In this document: piece after piece, positions 39,783 through 49,384 of the stretch | Position numbering within the stretch: position 1 is the stretch's first letter | Layout: every line of letters starts with the position of its first letter | Translations under genes and position numbers: made by a program | Assembly: GCA_032229625.1 (NCBI GenBank) | Contig: JAVTVZ010000063.1 | Span: forward strand, 5,470 to 69,469 | Reading direction: 5' to 3' | DNA from: Dermatophilaceae bacterium | GTDB taxonomy: Bacteria > Actinomycetota > Actinomycetes > Actinomycetales > Dermatophilaceae | Length of the DNA stretch: 64,000 nucleotides | Notes under the pieces: model-generated | What the model saw: only the letters and a program-made list of their open reading frames with translations | The model's database searches: none | What the model was told of the DNA's origin: nothing

Positions 39783-41723
39783 TCAGGCGCGCACCCGGAA
39801 GCGGTCGATGACGGTGGACAGCTCGGTGGAGAGCCGCGCCAGGGACTCCGCGGACGTCCGGGTCGAGGCGGCGGACTCGTCCGTGCGTCGCGCGAGGTCG
39901 GCGACCCCCTGCACGCGTCCCGCGATCGTGCGGGTGCCCGTGGCGGCCAGGCCGACGTGCTGGCCGATCGAGGCGGTCGTCGCGGTCTGCTCCTCGACGG
40001 CCGCGGCGATCGCGGCCTGCACCCCGCTCATCTGCGCGACGGTCGACCCGACCGCCTCGATGCGGCTCGACGCGGCGCGGGTGTCCTCGCGCAGCCGCTC
40101 GACCCGCCGGCCGATGTCCTCCGTGGCGGCCGTCGTCTCCTGCGCGAGATCCTTGACCTCGCCGGCGACCACGGCGAAGCCCTTACCCGCCTCGCCGGCC
40201 CGGGCCGCCTCGATCGTCGCGTTGAGGGCGAGCAGATTCGTCTGCTCGGAGATCGCCGCGACCGACTTGAGCACCTCGTCGATGCGGCCGCTGGACTGCT
40301 CGAGCTCGGCGATCGTGTCGGCCGCCTCCTGCGCGCTGGCCACGGCGGTGTCGACGATCTGCTGCGCGGCGTGCGCGGACCGGGCGATCTCGTCGATCGC
40401 GGCGCGCAGTTCCTCCCCGGCCGTCGCGAGTTCGTCAACATCGCGGGACACCTCGCCGGCCGAGCTCGACGCTTCGTCGGCGCGTGACGCCGAGTCCGCG
40501 GCGTGGGACTGCAGGTCGACGGCCACGCCGCCGAGGGCGCGGGCGGAGGTCGACAACTCGTGTGCGGCGCCGCGCATCGTGCGCAGGGCGTCCTCCATCG
40601 AGTCCATGGCGGTGTTCAGCGCACCGCCCATCACGTTGATCTCGTCGCGCCCCTCGACGACGAATCGCTCGTCGAGCCGCCCTTCGCGCAGTCCCGTCAG
40701 GACGACCTCGATGCGGCGCAGGCCGCGCAGGATCGAGCGCACCGTCCACCACAGGAGCGCGGCGGTCGCGGCCGCGACGAGCGCGAGCGCGAGCGCGACG
40801 AGCCAGACCGTGCGGCTCGCGTCGTCGGCCAACTGCTGCGCCTGCTGCCCGACGTGCTCCTGCTGGTGGTGCTCGAGGTCGCGCATCTGATCGATGTAGG
40901 CGGAGGCGGTGGCGAACCACGCACTGGGCGCCATCGTGAAGTCGCCGCTCTTGGCCAGCGCCGCGGTCTCGATCTGCGCGACCTGCCGGCCCGACGGCGA
41001 CTCCTGCAGCGTCGTGGTCTGCGCGGCCGCGTCCGGCCCGCCGAGGAATTCGTACATCGACAGATACGCGGCGCGCTGGTTGGACAGGCCGGTGATCCGC
41101 GCGGCCTGCCCGGCCGCGAAGCGGTCGACGGCGAAGGCGGCCGTCAGCTGCGCCCGCTCCAACCCGGTGTTCTCCTTCGCCCAGGCGAGGGCGGCCATCG
41201 CCCCGAGGTCGCGGGTCATGTCGGCGTCCCCGGTGGCGTAGGTGACCGACGCCATCCCCGTCAGCAGTGCGTCGACGGCGCTGGTGTATCCGGCCAGATA
41301 CTGCGCGACCGGCCGCTCGAAGCGGTCGACGCTGTCCCGCTGCCCGACGGCCGTCGCGGTCGACTCCAACGCGGTCTGCGCGCCGGCCCGCACGTCCTGG
41401 GGCAGCGACTCCTCCCGCCCGACGTAGTCGGTGAGCGCGCTCCGCGCCGTGTCCGTGGCCGCGCGGGCCGCGGTGAGCTCGGTGCCCATCGACGCGCCGC
41501 GTGAGGTGACGAAGCCCGAGGTGGTGCCACGCTCGACCTGCAGGGCGTGGACGAGGTCGGTGAGCCCGGTGGACAGCCCGACGAGCCGCACGAGCTGGGC
41601 GGTCTCGGCGCGCTCGGCCAGCACCGAGCGCATCGAGGTCGCCCCGATGAGCAAGAGGGCGACGAGCGGCAGCAGACCGAGCGCCAGCAGGCGCGTGCGG
41701 ATGGAGAGGCGCTGTGCAGACAC
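39783..41723 (-). CDS. Methyl-accepting chemotaxis protein with NIT-like sensor domain
   Basis: Two TMs flank [13 protein letters not shown] and [10 protein letters not shown] (NIT-like), followed by HAMP and the signalling hairpin [31 protein letters not shown]. Confidence 0.92.
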   Translation of the reverse strand: MSAQRLSIRTRLLALGLLPLVALLLIGATSMRSVLAERAETAQLVRLVGLSTGLTDLVHALQVERGTTSGFVTSRGASMGTELTAARAATDTARSALTDYVGREESLPQDVRAGAQTALESTATAVGQRDSVDRFERPVAQYLAGYTSAVDALLTGMASVTYATGDADMTRDLGAMAALAWAKENTGLERAQLTAAFAVDRFAAGQAARITGLSNQRAAYLSMYEFLGGPDAAAQTTTLQESPSGRQVAQIETAALAKSGDFTMAPSAWFATASAYIDQMRDLEHHQQEHVGQQAQQLADDASRTVWLVALALALVAAATAALLWWTVRSILRGLRRIEVVLTGLREGRLDERFVVEGRDEINVMGGALNTAMDSMEDALRTMRGAAHELSTSARALGGVAVDLQSHAADSASRADEASSSAGEVSRDVDELATAGEELRAAIDEIARSAHAAQQIVDTAVASAQEAADTIAELEQSSGRIDEVLKSVAAISEQTNLLALNATIEAARAGEAGKGFAVVAGEVKDLAQETTAATEDIGRRVERLREDTRAASSRIEAVGSTVAQMSGVQAAIAAAVEEQTATTASIGQHVGLAATGTRTIAGRVQGVADLARRTDESAASTRTSAESLARLSTELSTVIDRFRVRA

Positions 41724-42008
41724 GAGGGGCCCCTTTCACGGGTCATCGAGGTGACGCCCAGGGCCCGTCCAGGTGATATCCGGGCTGCGTCGAGCCGGCC
41801 CGGCACGGAGCGCACGGCCGCTGACCTGGGCTTTCACGGCTCGCCTCCGGGGTTACGTATCGGCCGTCCGCGCGGCCCGCCGCAGCGTTTCGTCCGACCT
41901 TTCCCCGGTCCGTGCGCCGGGAGACCGCGGGCCGGGTCCCGGGTGCGGCGGTCGCCGATGTGTTTCTCGCAGCTAGCCATTGCCGGCTGCGGCGGTGAAT
42001 CTAGAGGG

Positions 42009-43432
42009 ATGACCGCCCCCGCGACCGTCGTGCTCTTCGGCGCCACCGGAGACCTGAGCAAGCGCAAGCTCATCCCCGGACTGTTCCACCTCTTCGGCTC
42101 CCAGCTGCTCGACGACCTGCGGATCGTCGGCACGGCGCTGGACGAGCTGAGCGCCGACGCCTTCCGCGACCTGGCGCTGGAGTCGATCCGGCAGTTCGGC
42201 ACCCGCAAGTCCATCGAGGAGGAGCGGCTCGCCGAGTTCGTGCGGCGCATCGACTACGTGCCGACGTCCGCGGGCCCGGAGGCGCTGCGGGCCGCGGTCC
42301 TGGCCGCGGAGGAGCTGCTGCCCGGCGACCACAGCTGCGACTGCACTACCTGTCGGTCCCGCCGAAGGCCGCGCTCGCGGCCGTCGACATGATCGGCAAG
42401 GCGCGCCTGGTCAAGCGCAGCCGCATCATCATGGAGAAGCCCTTCGGCACCGACCTGGCGTCGGCGGTGAGCCTCAACCGGCAGCTGCACCTGACGTTCG
42501 ACGAGGAGCAGATCTTCCGCATCGACCACTTCCTGGGCAAGGAGGCGGCGCAGAACATCCTCGCGTTCCGCTTCGCCAACGGCCTCTTCGAGCCGATCTG
42601 GCACCGCAACCACATCGACCACGTGCAGATCGACGTGCCCGAGACCCTCGGCCTGACCCAGCGCGGCGACTTCTACGAGCACACCGGCGCCTACCGCGAC
42701 ATGGTCGTCACGCACCTCTTCCAGGTGCTCGCGTTCACCGCGATGGAGCCGCCGACCGCGTTGGAGCCCAAGGCGATCAGCCGGGAGAAGAACAAGGTCT
42801 TCCGCTCGATGCTGCCCATCGAGCCGCAGAACGTCGTCCGCGGTCAGTACGTCGGCTACAAGGACGAACCGGGCGTGCGGGCCGACTCCGAGACCGAGAC
42901 GTTTGTCGCGCTCACCTGCTACATCGACAACTGGCGGTGGGCGGGCGTGCCGTTCTTCCTGCGCACCGGCAAGCGTATGGCCGAGGGCGCGCGGATCATC
43001 TCCATCGCCTTCAAGGAGCCGCCGCGCTCGATGTTCCCGCCGGGCTCCGGGGTCGGCGACCACGGCCCCGACCACCTGACGTTCGACCTGTCGGACCAGC
43101 CGCGGATGTCGCTGTCGTTCTACGGCAAGCATCCCGGGCCGGGCTACCGGCTCGACAAGCTGTCGATGCAGTTCGCGATGGAGCGGACCAACTGGGCCGG
43201 GTCGATCCTGGAGGCCTACGAGCGGCTCATCTACGACGCGGTGCGCGGCGACAGCACGCTCTTCACGACCGCCAGCGGCATCGAGCGACTGTGGGAGGTC
43301 AGCGAGCCCCTCCTGGAGAACCCGCCGGTCGTGCGGCCCTACCAGCCCGGGTCGTGGGGGCCGAACCGGATCCACCAGCTCGTCGCGCCCTTCTCGTGGC
43401 GGCTGCCCTTCGAACGCGCCTGGCGCGACTGA
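42009..43432 (+). pseudogene. zwf: Glucose-6-phosphate dehydrogenase with a single-base frameshift near 42325
   Basis: N-part FGATGDLSKRKLIP (frame of ORF 41547..42392). C-part LHYLSVPP..MEKPFG..RIDHFLGKE..RDMVVTHL (frame of ORF 42389..43432). Adding one base at cac-ag^-ctg-cga joins them. Confidence 0.85.
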
Positions 43433-43537
43433 GCGATGGCGCGCGTCCGGCGCGACCGAGGGCACGCGCGGCGGGCGGTGCGCCCGTGATAGGTGCACCG
43501 CCCGCTCGGGTCGATTCTCGCGTCGTCTCCTGCGAGG

Positions 43538-45409
43538 TCAGCCGCCGAATTCCGCCAGCCCCGCGCGGGCCTGCTTGAGCCACTGCTCGCGCGCCTCGAG
43601 GGCCTCGCGGGCCTTGGTGATGCGTCGCTGGTCGCCGGACGCCTCGGCCTTGGCGAGGTCCTTGCGGTAGCGCTCAAGCGCCGCCTCGGCCTGGCTGGCC
43701 ATGCTCGCGGCGCGTGCCGCGACCTCGGGGTTCGTCGCCTTCCAGCGCTTGTCGTCGGCCTCGCGGACCGCGGCCTCGACGCGCCGCATGCCCTTCTCGA
43801 TGCGCTCCATCGCCGAGCGTGGCACCTTGCCCGCCGCGTCCCACTTGTCCTGCAGGGCCCGCAGCGCGGCCTTCGTCGCCTCGAGATCCCGGACCGGCAG
43901 CAGCGCCTGCGCCTGGACGAGCAGCTCCTCCTTGACGGCGAGGTTGGCGGTGAACTCCTCGTTCTCCGCCGCGACGACCGAATCCTTGGCGCCGAAGAAC
44001 GCGTCCTGCGCCGCCTTGAAGCGCTTCCACAGCGCGTCGTCGTCGGTGCGCGACGCCCGGCCGGCCTGACGCCACCGGTCCATGAGTCGTTTGTAGGCGC
44101 CGGCGGTCGCGCCCCACTCGGTCGAGGACGCGAGCTTCTCGGCCTCCTCGACGAGCTCGAGCTTGGCGGCCTTGGCCTGCGCCTGGGAGCTGCCCAGCTG
44201 CGCGAAGTGCACGCGGCGCATCTTGTCGAAGGAGTTGCGCGACGAGCTGAGCCGGTGCCACAGCGCCTGCTCGGTCTCGCGGTCGAGCTTGGGGCCGCCA
44301 CGCTGCGCGGCCTTCCACTCGTCCAGCAGCGCGCGCATCCGGGCGCTGCTGGACTTCCACTGCACCTTCGGCTCCGGCGTCGCGGCGATCCGCTCGGCCT
44401 CGGCGACGATCGCCTCCCGCGCGGTGAGCGCCTCGGCGCGGGCGGCGGCCCGCTGCTCGGCCTCGACGACCCGCCGCGCCTCCAGGGCGGTCGCGATGTT
44501 CTCGACCTTCGCGGCGAGCGCGACGAGGTCGCCGACGGCGTGCAGGTCGGTCGTCGCCTCGCGCAGCTTGGCCAGGCTCTCCGCGCCGTCCTTGGCGGAC
44601 AGGTCGGTCTGCGTGACCCGCGCGTAGAGCAGGTCGGCCAGCGAGTTGAGCTCGTCGAACTTGCGGACGAAGTAGGCGAGGGCCTCCTGCGCCGGGGCGC
44701 CGGGGTAGGAGCCGACCTCCCGCTCACCCTCGGGCGTGCGCACGTAGACCGTGCCGTCGTCGGCGACCCGACCGAACTTCGCCGACTCGCTGGACGCCGC
44801 CGACAGCGCCTCGGCGCCCGTCGCCGCGCCGGGCAGCGAGTCGGGCTGCGGCAGCGTCGGGGCCGACGGCGGCGGCGCGGGCGTGGCCGGGGCCTGCGGC
44901 TTGGGAGTCGCGGGCGGCTCGGGCGCCGGCTCGCCGCCGGCGGCCGCGGGCTGCGCGGGTGCGTCCTCGGCGGCCTGGGCGGGTGCGTCCTCGGCGGCCT
45001 GCGCGGGCGCGTCCTCGGCGGCTGCGGGCTCCGCGGCCTCGATCTGCGCGTCCTGCGCGACGGGCTCGGACAGCGGCTCGGTCTCGCCCACGAGCACGGG
45101 CTCGTCAGCGGCCTCGGCGCCTTCAGCGGCCTCGACCGATTCGACGACGTCCGACTCGACAGGCTCGACCGACTTGACAGGCTCGACCGACTCGGCGGTC
45201 GGCGCGGCCTCGACATCGTCCTCGGAGGTCGCGGCGGCCTCTTCGGAAGTCGCGGCGTCCGGGGTGTCGCCCTCGTCCGGCGTCGCCTCCACCGGCGCGT
45301 CGGCCGGCGTGTCCACCGACGCGGGCGCCTCGCCCTGCGGTGCGCTGACCTGCGACGGATCCGTCGGCTGGTCGGGGGAGTCGGGCTGGGGGGTGGTGTG
45401 ATCAGACAC
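43538..45409 (-). CDS. DUF349 domain-containing protein with long acidic N-terminal extension
   Basis: FGRVADDGTVYV..EGEREVGSYP, followed by helical repeats of LW.RF...F type. Confidence 0.88.
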   Translation of the reverse strand: MSDHTTPQPDSPDQPTDPSQVSAPQGEAPASVDTPADAPVEATPDEGDTPDAATSEEAAATSEDDVEAAPTAESVEPVKSVEPVESDVVESVEAAEGAEAADEPVLVGETEPLSEPVAQDAQIEAAEPAAAEDAPAQAAEDAPAQAAEDAPAQPAAAGGEPAPEPPATPKPQAPATPAPPPSAPTLPQPDSLPGAATGAEALSAASSESAKFGRVADDGTVYVRTPEGEREVGSYPGAPAQEALAYFVRKFDELNSLADLLYARVTQTDLSAKDGAESLAKLREATTDLHAVGDLVALAAKVENIATALEARRVVEAEQRAAARAEALTAREAIVAEAERIAATPEPKVQWKSSSARMRALLDEWKAAQRGGPKLDRETEQALWHRLSSSRNSFDKMRRVHFAQLGSSQAQAKAAKLELVEEAEKLASSTEWGATAGAYKRLMDRWRQAGRASRTDDDALWKRFKAAQDAFFGAKDSVVAAENEEFTANLAVKEELLVQAQALLPVRDLEATKAALRALQDKWDAAGKVPRSAMERIEKGMRRVEAAVREADDKRWKATNPEVAARAASMASQAEAALERYRKDLAKAEASGDQRRITKAREALEAREQWLKQARAGLAEFGG

Positions 45410-45579
45410 GGCGTCGGCCTTCTGCTCGGGTCGGAGGACACCGCCGGGGGGCCCGGCGACGGGGTCGCTGCCGGGTCGGTTCGGCGGTTCGGTGCACGGA
45501 ACGTCTCGATCACGATACTGGCCCCGCCCGAATGTGCCGAAAAGCCGGGTCGGGGCGGCGCACCCCGACGAACTAGGCT

Positions 45580-46284
45580 GTGGCGGTGTTCCTCATCGGT
45601 TTTCCGGCGCAGGCGTTCGCCACCAACTGTTTCGTCGTCGCCCCCGCACCGGGCGAGGAATGCCTGGTCATCGACCCGGGCATCGGCGTCCTCGACCGGC
45701 TCGACGAGGTGCTGCGCGAGCACCGGCTGCGCCCCGCAGCCGTCCTGTTGACCCACGGCCACCTCGACCACGTCTACTCGGTGACGCCCGTCTGCGGCTC
45801 CCGAGGGATCGCGGCCCACATCCACCCCGACGACCGCTACCGGCTCGTCGACCCGATCGCCTCGATGGACCCCTCGCTGGTGGCGATGCTCGAGGCGCAG
45901 TTCGGCACGAAGGCCGCGTGGCACGAGCCCGACGACGTCGTGGAGTTCACCGACGGGCAGTCGCTGCGGATCGCCGGGCTCGACCTGTCGGTGTTGCACG
46001 CGCCGGGGCACACGGAGGGCTCGGTGATGTTCCGCACCGAGACGATCCCCGATGCCCTCCCCGCGGACTCGGGTCTGACGCGCACGATCTTCGCCGGTGA
46101 CGTCCTCTTCAACGGCGGGATCGGGCGCACCGACCTGCCCGGCGGCGACGACGCCGCGATGCGCGCCAGCCTGCGCGACGTCGTGCTCACCCAGAGCGAC
46201 GACAGCCTCGTCTTCCCCGGTCACGGCCCCGCGACGACCATCGCCCGCGAGCGCCTCGCCAACCCCTACCTGCAAGGACTGTGA
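45580..46284 (+). CDS. MBL-fold metallo-hydrolase (glyoxalase II-like)
   Basis: LTHGHLDH, HAPGHTEGS, GDVLF.GGIGRTD and FPGHG. Usual neighbour of hisS. Confidence 0.93.
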   Translation: MAVFLIGFPAQAFATNCFVVAPAPGEECLVIDPGIGVLDRLDEVLREHRLRPAAVLLTHGHLDHVYSVTPVCGSRGIAAHIHPDDRYRLVDPIASMDPSLVAMLEAQFGTKAAWHEPDDVVEFTDGQSLRIAGLDLSVLHAPGHTEGSVMFRTETIPDALPADSGLTRTIFAGDVLFNGGIGRTDLPGGDDAAMRASLRDVVLTQSDDSLVFPGHGPATTIARERLANPYLQGL

Positions 46285-46287
46285 ACG

Positions 46288-47652
46288 TTGAGTCAGAAGA
46301 TCGCCCCGCTGTCCGGCTTCCCCGAGTGGCTGCCCGCCGATCGGCTCGTCGAGCAGCTCGTGCTCGACGTCGTGCGTGAGACCTTCGAGCGGCACGGCTT
46401 CGTCAACATCGAGACCCGCGCGGTCGAGCCCGTCGACCGACTCCTGGGCAAGGGCGGCGACGCCGACAAGGAGATCTACGCGGTGTCGCGGCTGGCCGCC
46501 GACCCCGGCACGGATCGGGACGCGGCCCTGGGGCTGCACTTCGACCTCACGGTGCCCTTCGCGCGCTACGTGTTGGAGCACGCGGGCAAGCTGACCTTCC
46601 CCTTCCGGCGCTACCAGATCCAGAAGGTGTGGCGCGGCGAGCGGCCGCAGGAGGGCCGCTTCCGGGAGTTCACGCAGGCCGACATCGACATCGTCGGGGC
46701 CGGTGAGCTGCCCTTCCACTACGAGGCGGAGGTGCCGCTGGTCATCGCCGACGTCTTCGCGCAGCTGCCGATCGGGCCCTACCGGATCCAGGTCAACAAC
46801 CGCAAGATCCCCGAGGGCTTCTACCTGGGTCTGGGGTTGGCACCCGAGCAGGTCGCGGGCGTGCTGCGGATCGTCGACAAGCTCGACAAGATCGGCGCCG
46901 ACGCGGTCCGCGCGGGGCTGGTCGACTTCGGCGCGACCGAGCAGCAGGCCGACGCTGCCCTGGCGCTGGCGCAGATCAGCGCGACCGACACCTCGTTCGT
47001 CGAGCAGGTCGCGGCCCTGGGTGTCGAGCACGAGACGCTGTCGGCCGGGCTCGCGGAGCTCGCCGCGGTCGTCGCGGCCGGCATGGAGCACGCCCCCGGG
47101 GTGCTCGTCGCCGATCTCAAGGTCGCCCGGGGGCTGGACTACTACACGGGCACCGTCTACGAGACTCAGCTCGTCGGGCAGGAGTCCTACGGCTCGGTGT
47201 GCTCCGGGGGGCGCTATGACTCCCTGGCCTCCGACGGGCGCACGACGTATCCGGGTGTCGGCATCTCGATCGGGGTGTCGCGGCTGCTCGCCAAGCTCGT
47301 GCCCAGCGGCGCGATCGCCGCGAGCCGCCCGACGCCGACGTGTGTGCTCGTGGCGCTCGGTGCGCAGGAGGACCGAGCCGCCGCAGGTGCGCTCGCCGCG
47401 GCCCTGCGGGGGCGGGGGATCGCCACGGAGATCGCGCCGACCGCCGCGAAGTTCGGCAAGCAGATCCGGTATGCCGACCGCCGCGGCATCCCCTACGTGT
47501 GGTTCCCGCCGCTGGACGCCGACGCGGTCCACTCCGTCAAGGACATCCGCTCCGGCGAGCAGGTCGACGCCGACCCCGCGACCTGGATGCCGCCGGCGCA
47601 CGACCTGCGGCCCCGGCTCGTCGGCGGGGACGCGGCGGCTGTGGGCGAGTAG
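46288..47652 (+). CDS. hisS: Histidine--tRNA ligase
   Basis: LSGFPEWLP, FDLTVPFARY, WRGERPQEGRFREFTQAD, RGLDYYTG and SVCSGGRYD. Confidence 0.97.
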   Translation: MSQKIAPLSGFPEWLPADRLVEQLVLDVVRETFERHGFVNIETRAVEPVDRLLGKGGDADKEIYAVSRLAADPGTDRDAALGLHFDLTVPFARYVLEHAGKLTFPFRRYQIQKVWRGERPQEGRFREFTQADIDIVGAGELPFHYEAEVPLVIADVFAQLPIGPYRIQVNNRKIPEGFYLGLGLAPEQVAGVLRIVDKLDKIGADAVRAGLVDFGATEQQADAALALAQISATDTSFVEQVAALGVEHETLSAGLAELAAVVAAGMEHAPGVLVADLKVARGLDYYTGTVYETQLVGQESYGSVCSGGRYDSLASDGRTTYPGVGISIGVSRLLAKLVPSGAIAASRPTPTCVLVALGAQEDRAAAGALAAALRGRGIATEIAPTAAKFGKQIRYADRRGIPYVWFPPLDADAVHSVKDIRSGEQVDADPATWMPPAHDLRPRLVGGDAAAVGE

Positions 47653-47724
47653 ACCTTTCGCGGTGACGGCGGGGCACAATGCCCCCGTCCGCACGTGCCG
47701 TCAGATGCTGCGAAGGGGCCTGAC

Positions 47725-47829
47725 ATGACTCGGCTCGGCTACCAGATCCCCAACTTCACCTACCCCGGCGTCGCGCTGGACCGGCTCTTCCCGACCGTCG
47801 TCGCGCAGGGCGTGGAGGCCGAGGGCTCG
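47725..47829 (+). pseudogene. 5' remnant of an LLM-class F420-dependent oxidoreductase
   Basis: MTRLGYQIPNFTYPGVALDRLFPTVVAQGVEAE matches the typical family N-terminus. The expected GFD..VMDH continuation is absent and the sequence becomes unrelated. Confidence 0.7.
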
Positions 47830-47935
47830 CCGTCCCCGACGGCCGAGGGGCGAGCACGTGCCGCTGCTCACGTCCTGGATCCCGGCTCCGATGAGCAGAG
47901 TGAGCCCGGCGCCCCGGCGAGCGAAGGAGCCTGCC

Positions 47936-49063
47936 ATGACGATCTCGACCCGACCCTGGTGGCGCCCGGCCGCAGCGCCTCTGCGCCTGCGCGCGCCGCG
48001 ACTCGTGGGGCTGCTCGCGGGGGCGGCGTTGCTGCTCAGCGCGTGCGGTGTCGCCACCGGCGCGCCGTCGACGCACAGCGCCGGCGCCACGTCCGGCGCG
48101 TCCCCGAGCTCCGCGACCCCGGGCTCCGCGGGCACCACCAGCCCGACGCCGACCGCCACGTGCGCGCGGCTCACGGGCCGGCAGGCCCTCGCCACGTGGG
48201 GACCGCAGGTGCCGCGGCACCCCAATGACTACGAGTGGGATCTGGGGCAGGCCGACCCTGCCGACTACGACCCCTGCGCGCCGCTGTCGTGGATCGTGCT
48301 GCCGATCATCGGCCCGACCGGCTCCTCGCCCTACGCGATCATGCTCTTCCACCACGGCACCTACGTCGGGCCGGCGACCAAGGACGTCATCGGCTTCGCG
48401 CCCGCCACGCGGCGGGTGTCGCCGTCGCAGCTGTCGGTGACCTACACCTACGAGAAGCCCGGCGAGATCACCGCCGGGGCCTCGGGCCGGGCCACCGCCC
48501 TTTTCACGTGGGACGCGGCGAGCGGCAAGGTCGTGCGCACCGGGCAGATCCCGCCCGGCTACTCCGAGTCGGCGCCCGGCGGCGAGCAGGCGGCCGACGC
48601 CGGCGAGGACGACGGAGACGGTGAGGTGTCCGCCGGCGGGACGCGACGATCGGTGCCCGCCGGATCGACGAAGATCACGTCGATCCGGCCCGCGACGACG
48701 TACTCGCCGGAGGTCGCCGTGATCGTTACGCCCTCGAAGAACATCGGCTGCGACCTGTCCTCCCGCGGCGCGGGCTGCGGCGTGCAGTCGTACATCCAGA
48801 GCGGCATCGGCGGCGCCGGCCGCGACAGCGGGGATGCGCAATGGTGGTTCGAGCTGGATGGCCCGGGAGTCCCGTCGCCGCTGACCAGGGGAGATGCGCC
48901 CTGGTTCGCCTCCCCCGACGTCCCGGCCCAGGTCGTCGGCTTCGGGCGGACGGTCCACTACCGCAACTACGTGTGCTCGTCCGCCAAAGACGGCCTGACC
49001 TGCTGGAATACGGAGACGGGCCACGGCGTCAAGATGGCGCGCGCCGGCTACGAGGCCTTCTGA
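47936..49063 (+). CDS. LppP/LprE family lipoprotein with an additional Cys-rich C-terminal domain
   Basis: AAGGAG SD, lipobox LSAC, YDPCAPLSWIV...SSPYAIMLFHHGTYVG, then TPSKNIGC...YVCSS..GLTC.N..TGHG. Confidence 0.8.
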   Translation: MTISTRPWWRPAAAPLRLRAPRLVGLLAGAALLLSACGVATGAPSTHSAGATSGASPSSATPGSAGTTSPTPTATCARLTGRQALATWGPQVPRHPNDYEWDLGQADPADYDPCAPLSWIVLPIIGPTGSSPYAIMLFHHGTYVGPATKDVIGFAPATRRVSPSQLSVTYTYEKPGEITAGASGRATALFTWDAASGKVVRTGQIPPGYSESAPGGEQAADAGEDDGDGEVSAGGTRRSVPAGSTKITSIRPATTYSPEVAVIVTPSKNIGCDLSSRGAGCGVQSYIQSGIGGAGRDSGDAQWWFELDGPGVPSPLTRGDAPWFASPDVPAQVVGFGRTVHYRNYVCSSAKDGLTCWNTETGHGVKMARAGYEAF

Positions 49064-49104
49064 GGCCGGCCGCAGCGCTCTGAGGGAGGTTGTCGGCGCG
49101 CGTT

Positions 49105-49145
49105 GATGTCAAGTTCGTTTGACATCTGGTATCAAGGATAGTTGA
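49105..49145. promoter_or_regulatory. Two tandem TCAA-N6-TTGA operator palindromes before the XRE gene
   Basis: GATGTCAA-gttcgt-TTGACATC (49105-49126) and TCAA-ggatag-TTGA (49132-49145). The first contains TTGACA. Confidence 0.7.
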
Positions 49146-49153
49146 CTTGTCGT

Positions 49154-49384
49154 GTGCCCAACGAAGCCCTTGGCAACCACGTCCGGGACGTGCGGCGTGC
49201 GCGTCGACTCACCCAGGCGCAGCTCGCCGCGGCCGTCGGGGTGAGTCGGCAGACGATCGTGTCGATCGAGGGCGGCGACTACGCGCCCTCGGTGCTGCTC
49301 GCGCTGCGCATCGCCGCGGCCCTGGGGGACTCCGTCGACCACCTGTTCTTCATCGACCCCACGCACGAGGAGGATCCGTCATGA
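49154..49384 (+). CDS. XRE/Cro-type HTH transcriptional regulator
   Basis: RRLTQAQLAAAVGVSRQTIVSIEGGDYAPSVLLALRIA..LF. Start 49154 (GTG) or 49142. Confidence 0.9.
   Translation: MPNEALGNHVRDVRRARRLTQAQLAAAVGVSRQTIVSIEGGDYAPSVLLALRIAAALGDSVDHLFFIDPTHEEDPS

Noticed and set aside
41724-41960. c-di-GMP-I riboswitch upstream of the chemoreceptor (GAAA and GGACGAAACGC on the minus strand)
   Set aside because: The GAAA is not closed by a paired stem, and the GGCAAA/GACGCAAAG core is not matched. An Infernal search would be needed to exclude it fully.
43339-47694. 1451-aa ORF and other very long antisense or alternate-frame ORFs (e.g. 452-2698, 26738-29233, 31890-34595, 57185-59509)
   Set aside because: They overlap clearly recognisable genes and give Arg/Gly/Pro-rich or mirror-codon translations typical of stop-poor high-GC shadow frames.
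47695-48228. 177-aa ORF as an intact gene
   Set aside because: Only the first ~35 codons look like protein. The rest is an alternate frame of the lipoprotein gene.
49087-49114. Chromosomal dif site (TGATGTCAAGT resembles an actinobacterial XerD arm, and xerD is nearby)
   Set aside because: No XerC-arm-like sequence lies at the expected distance upstream. The motif is better explained as half of the XRE operator palindrome.
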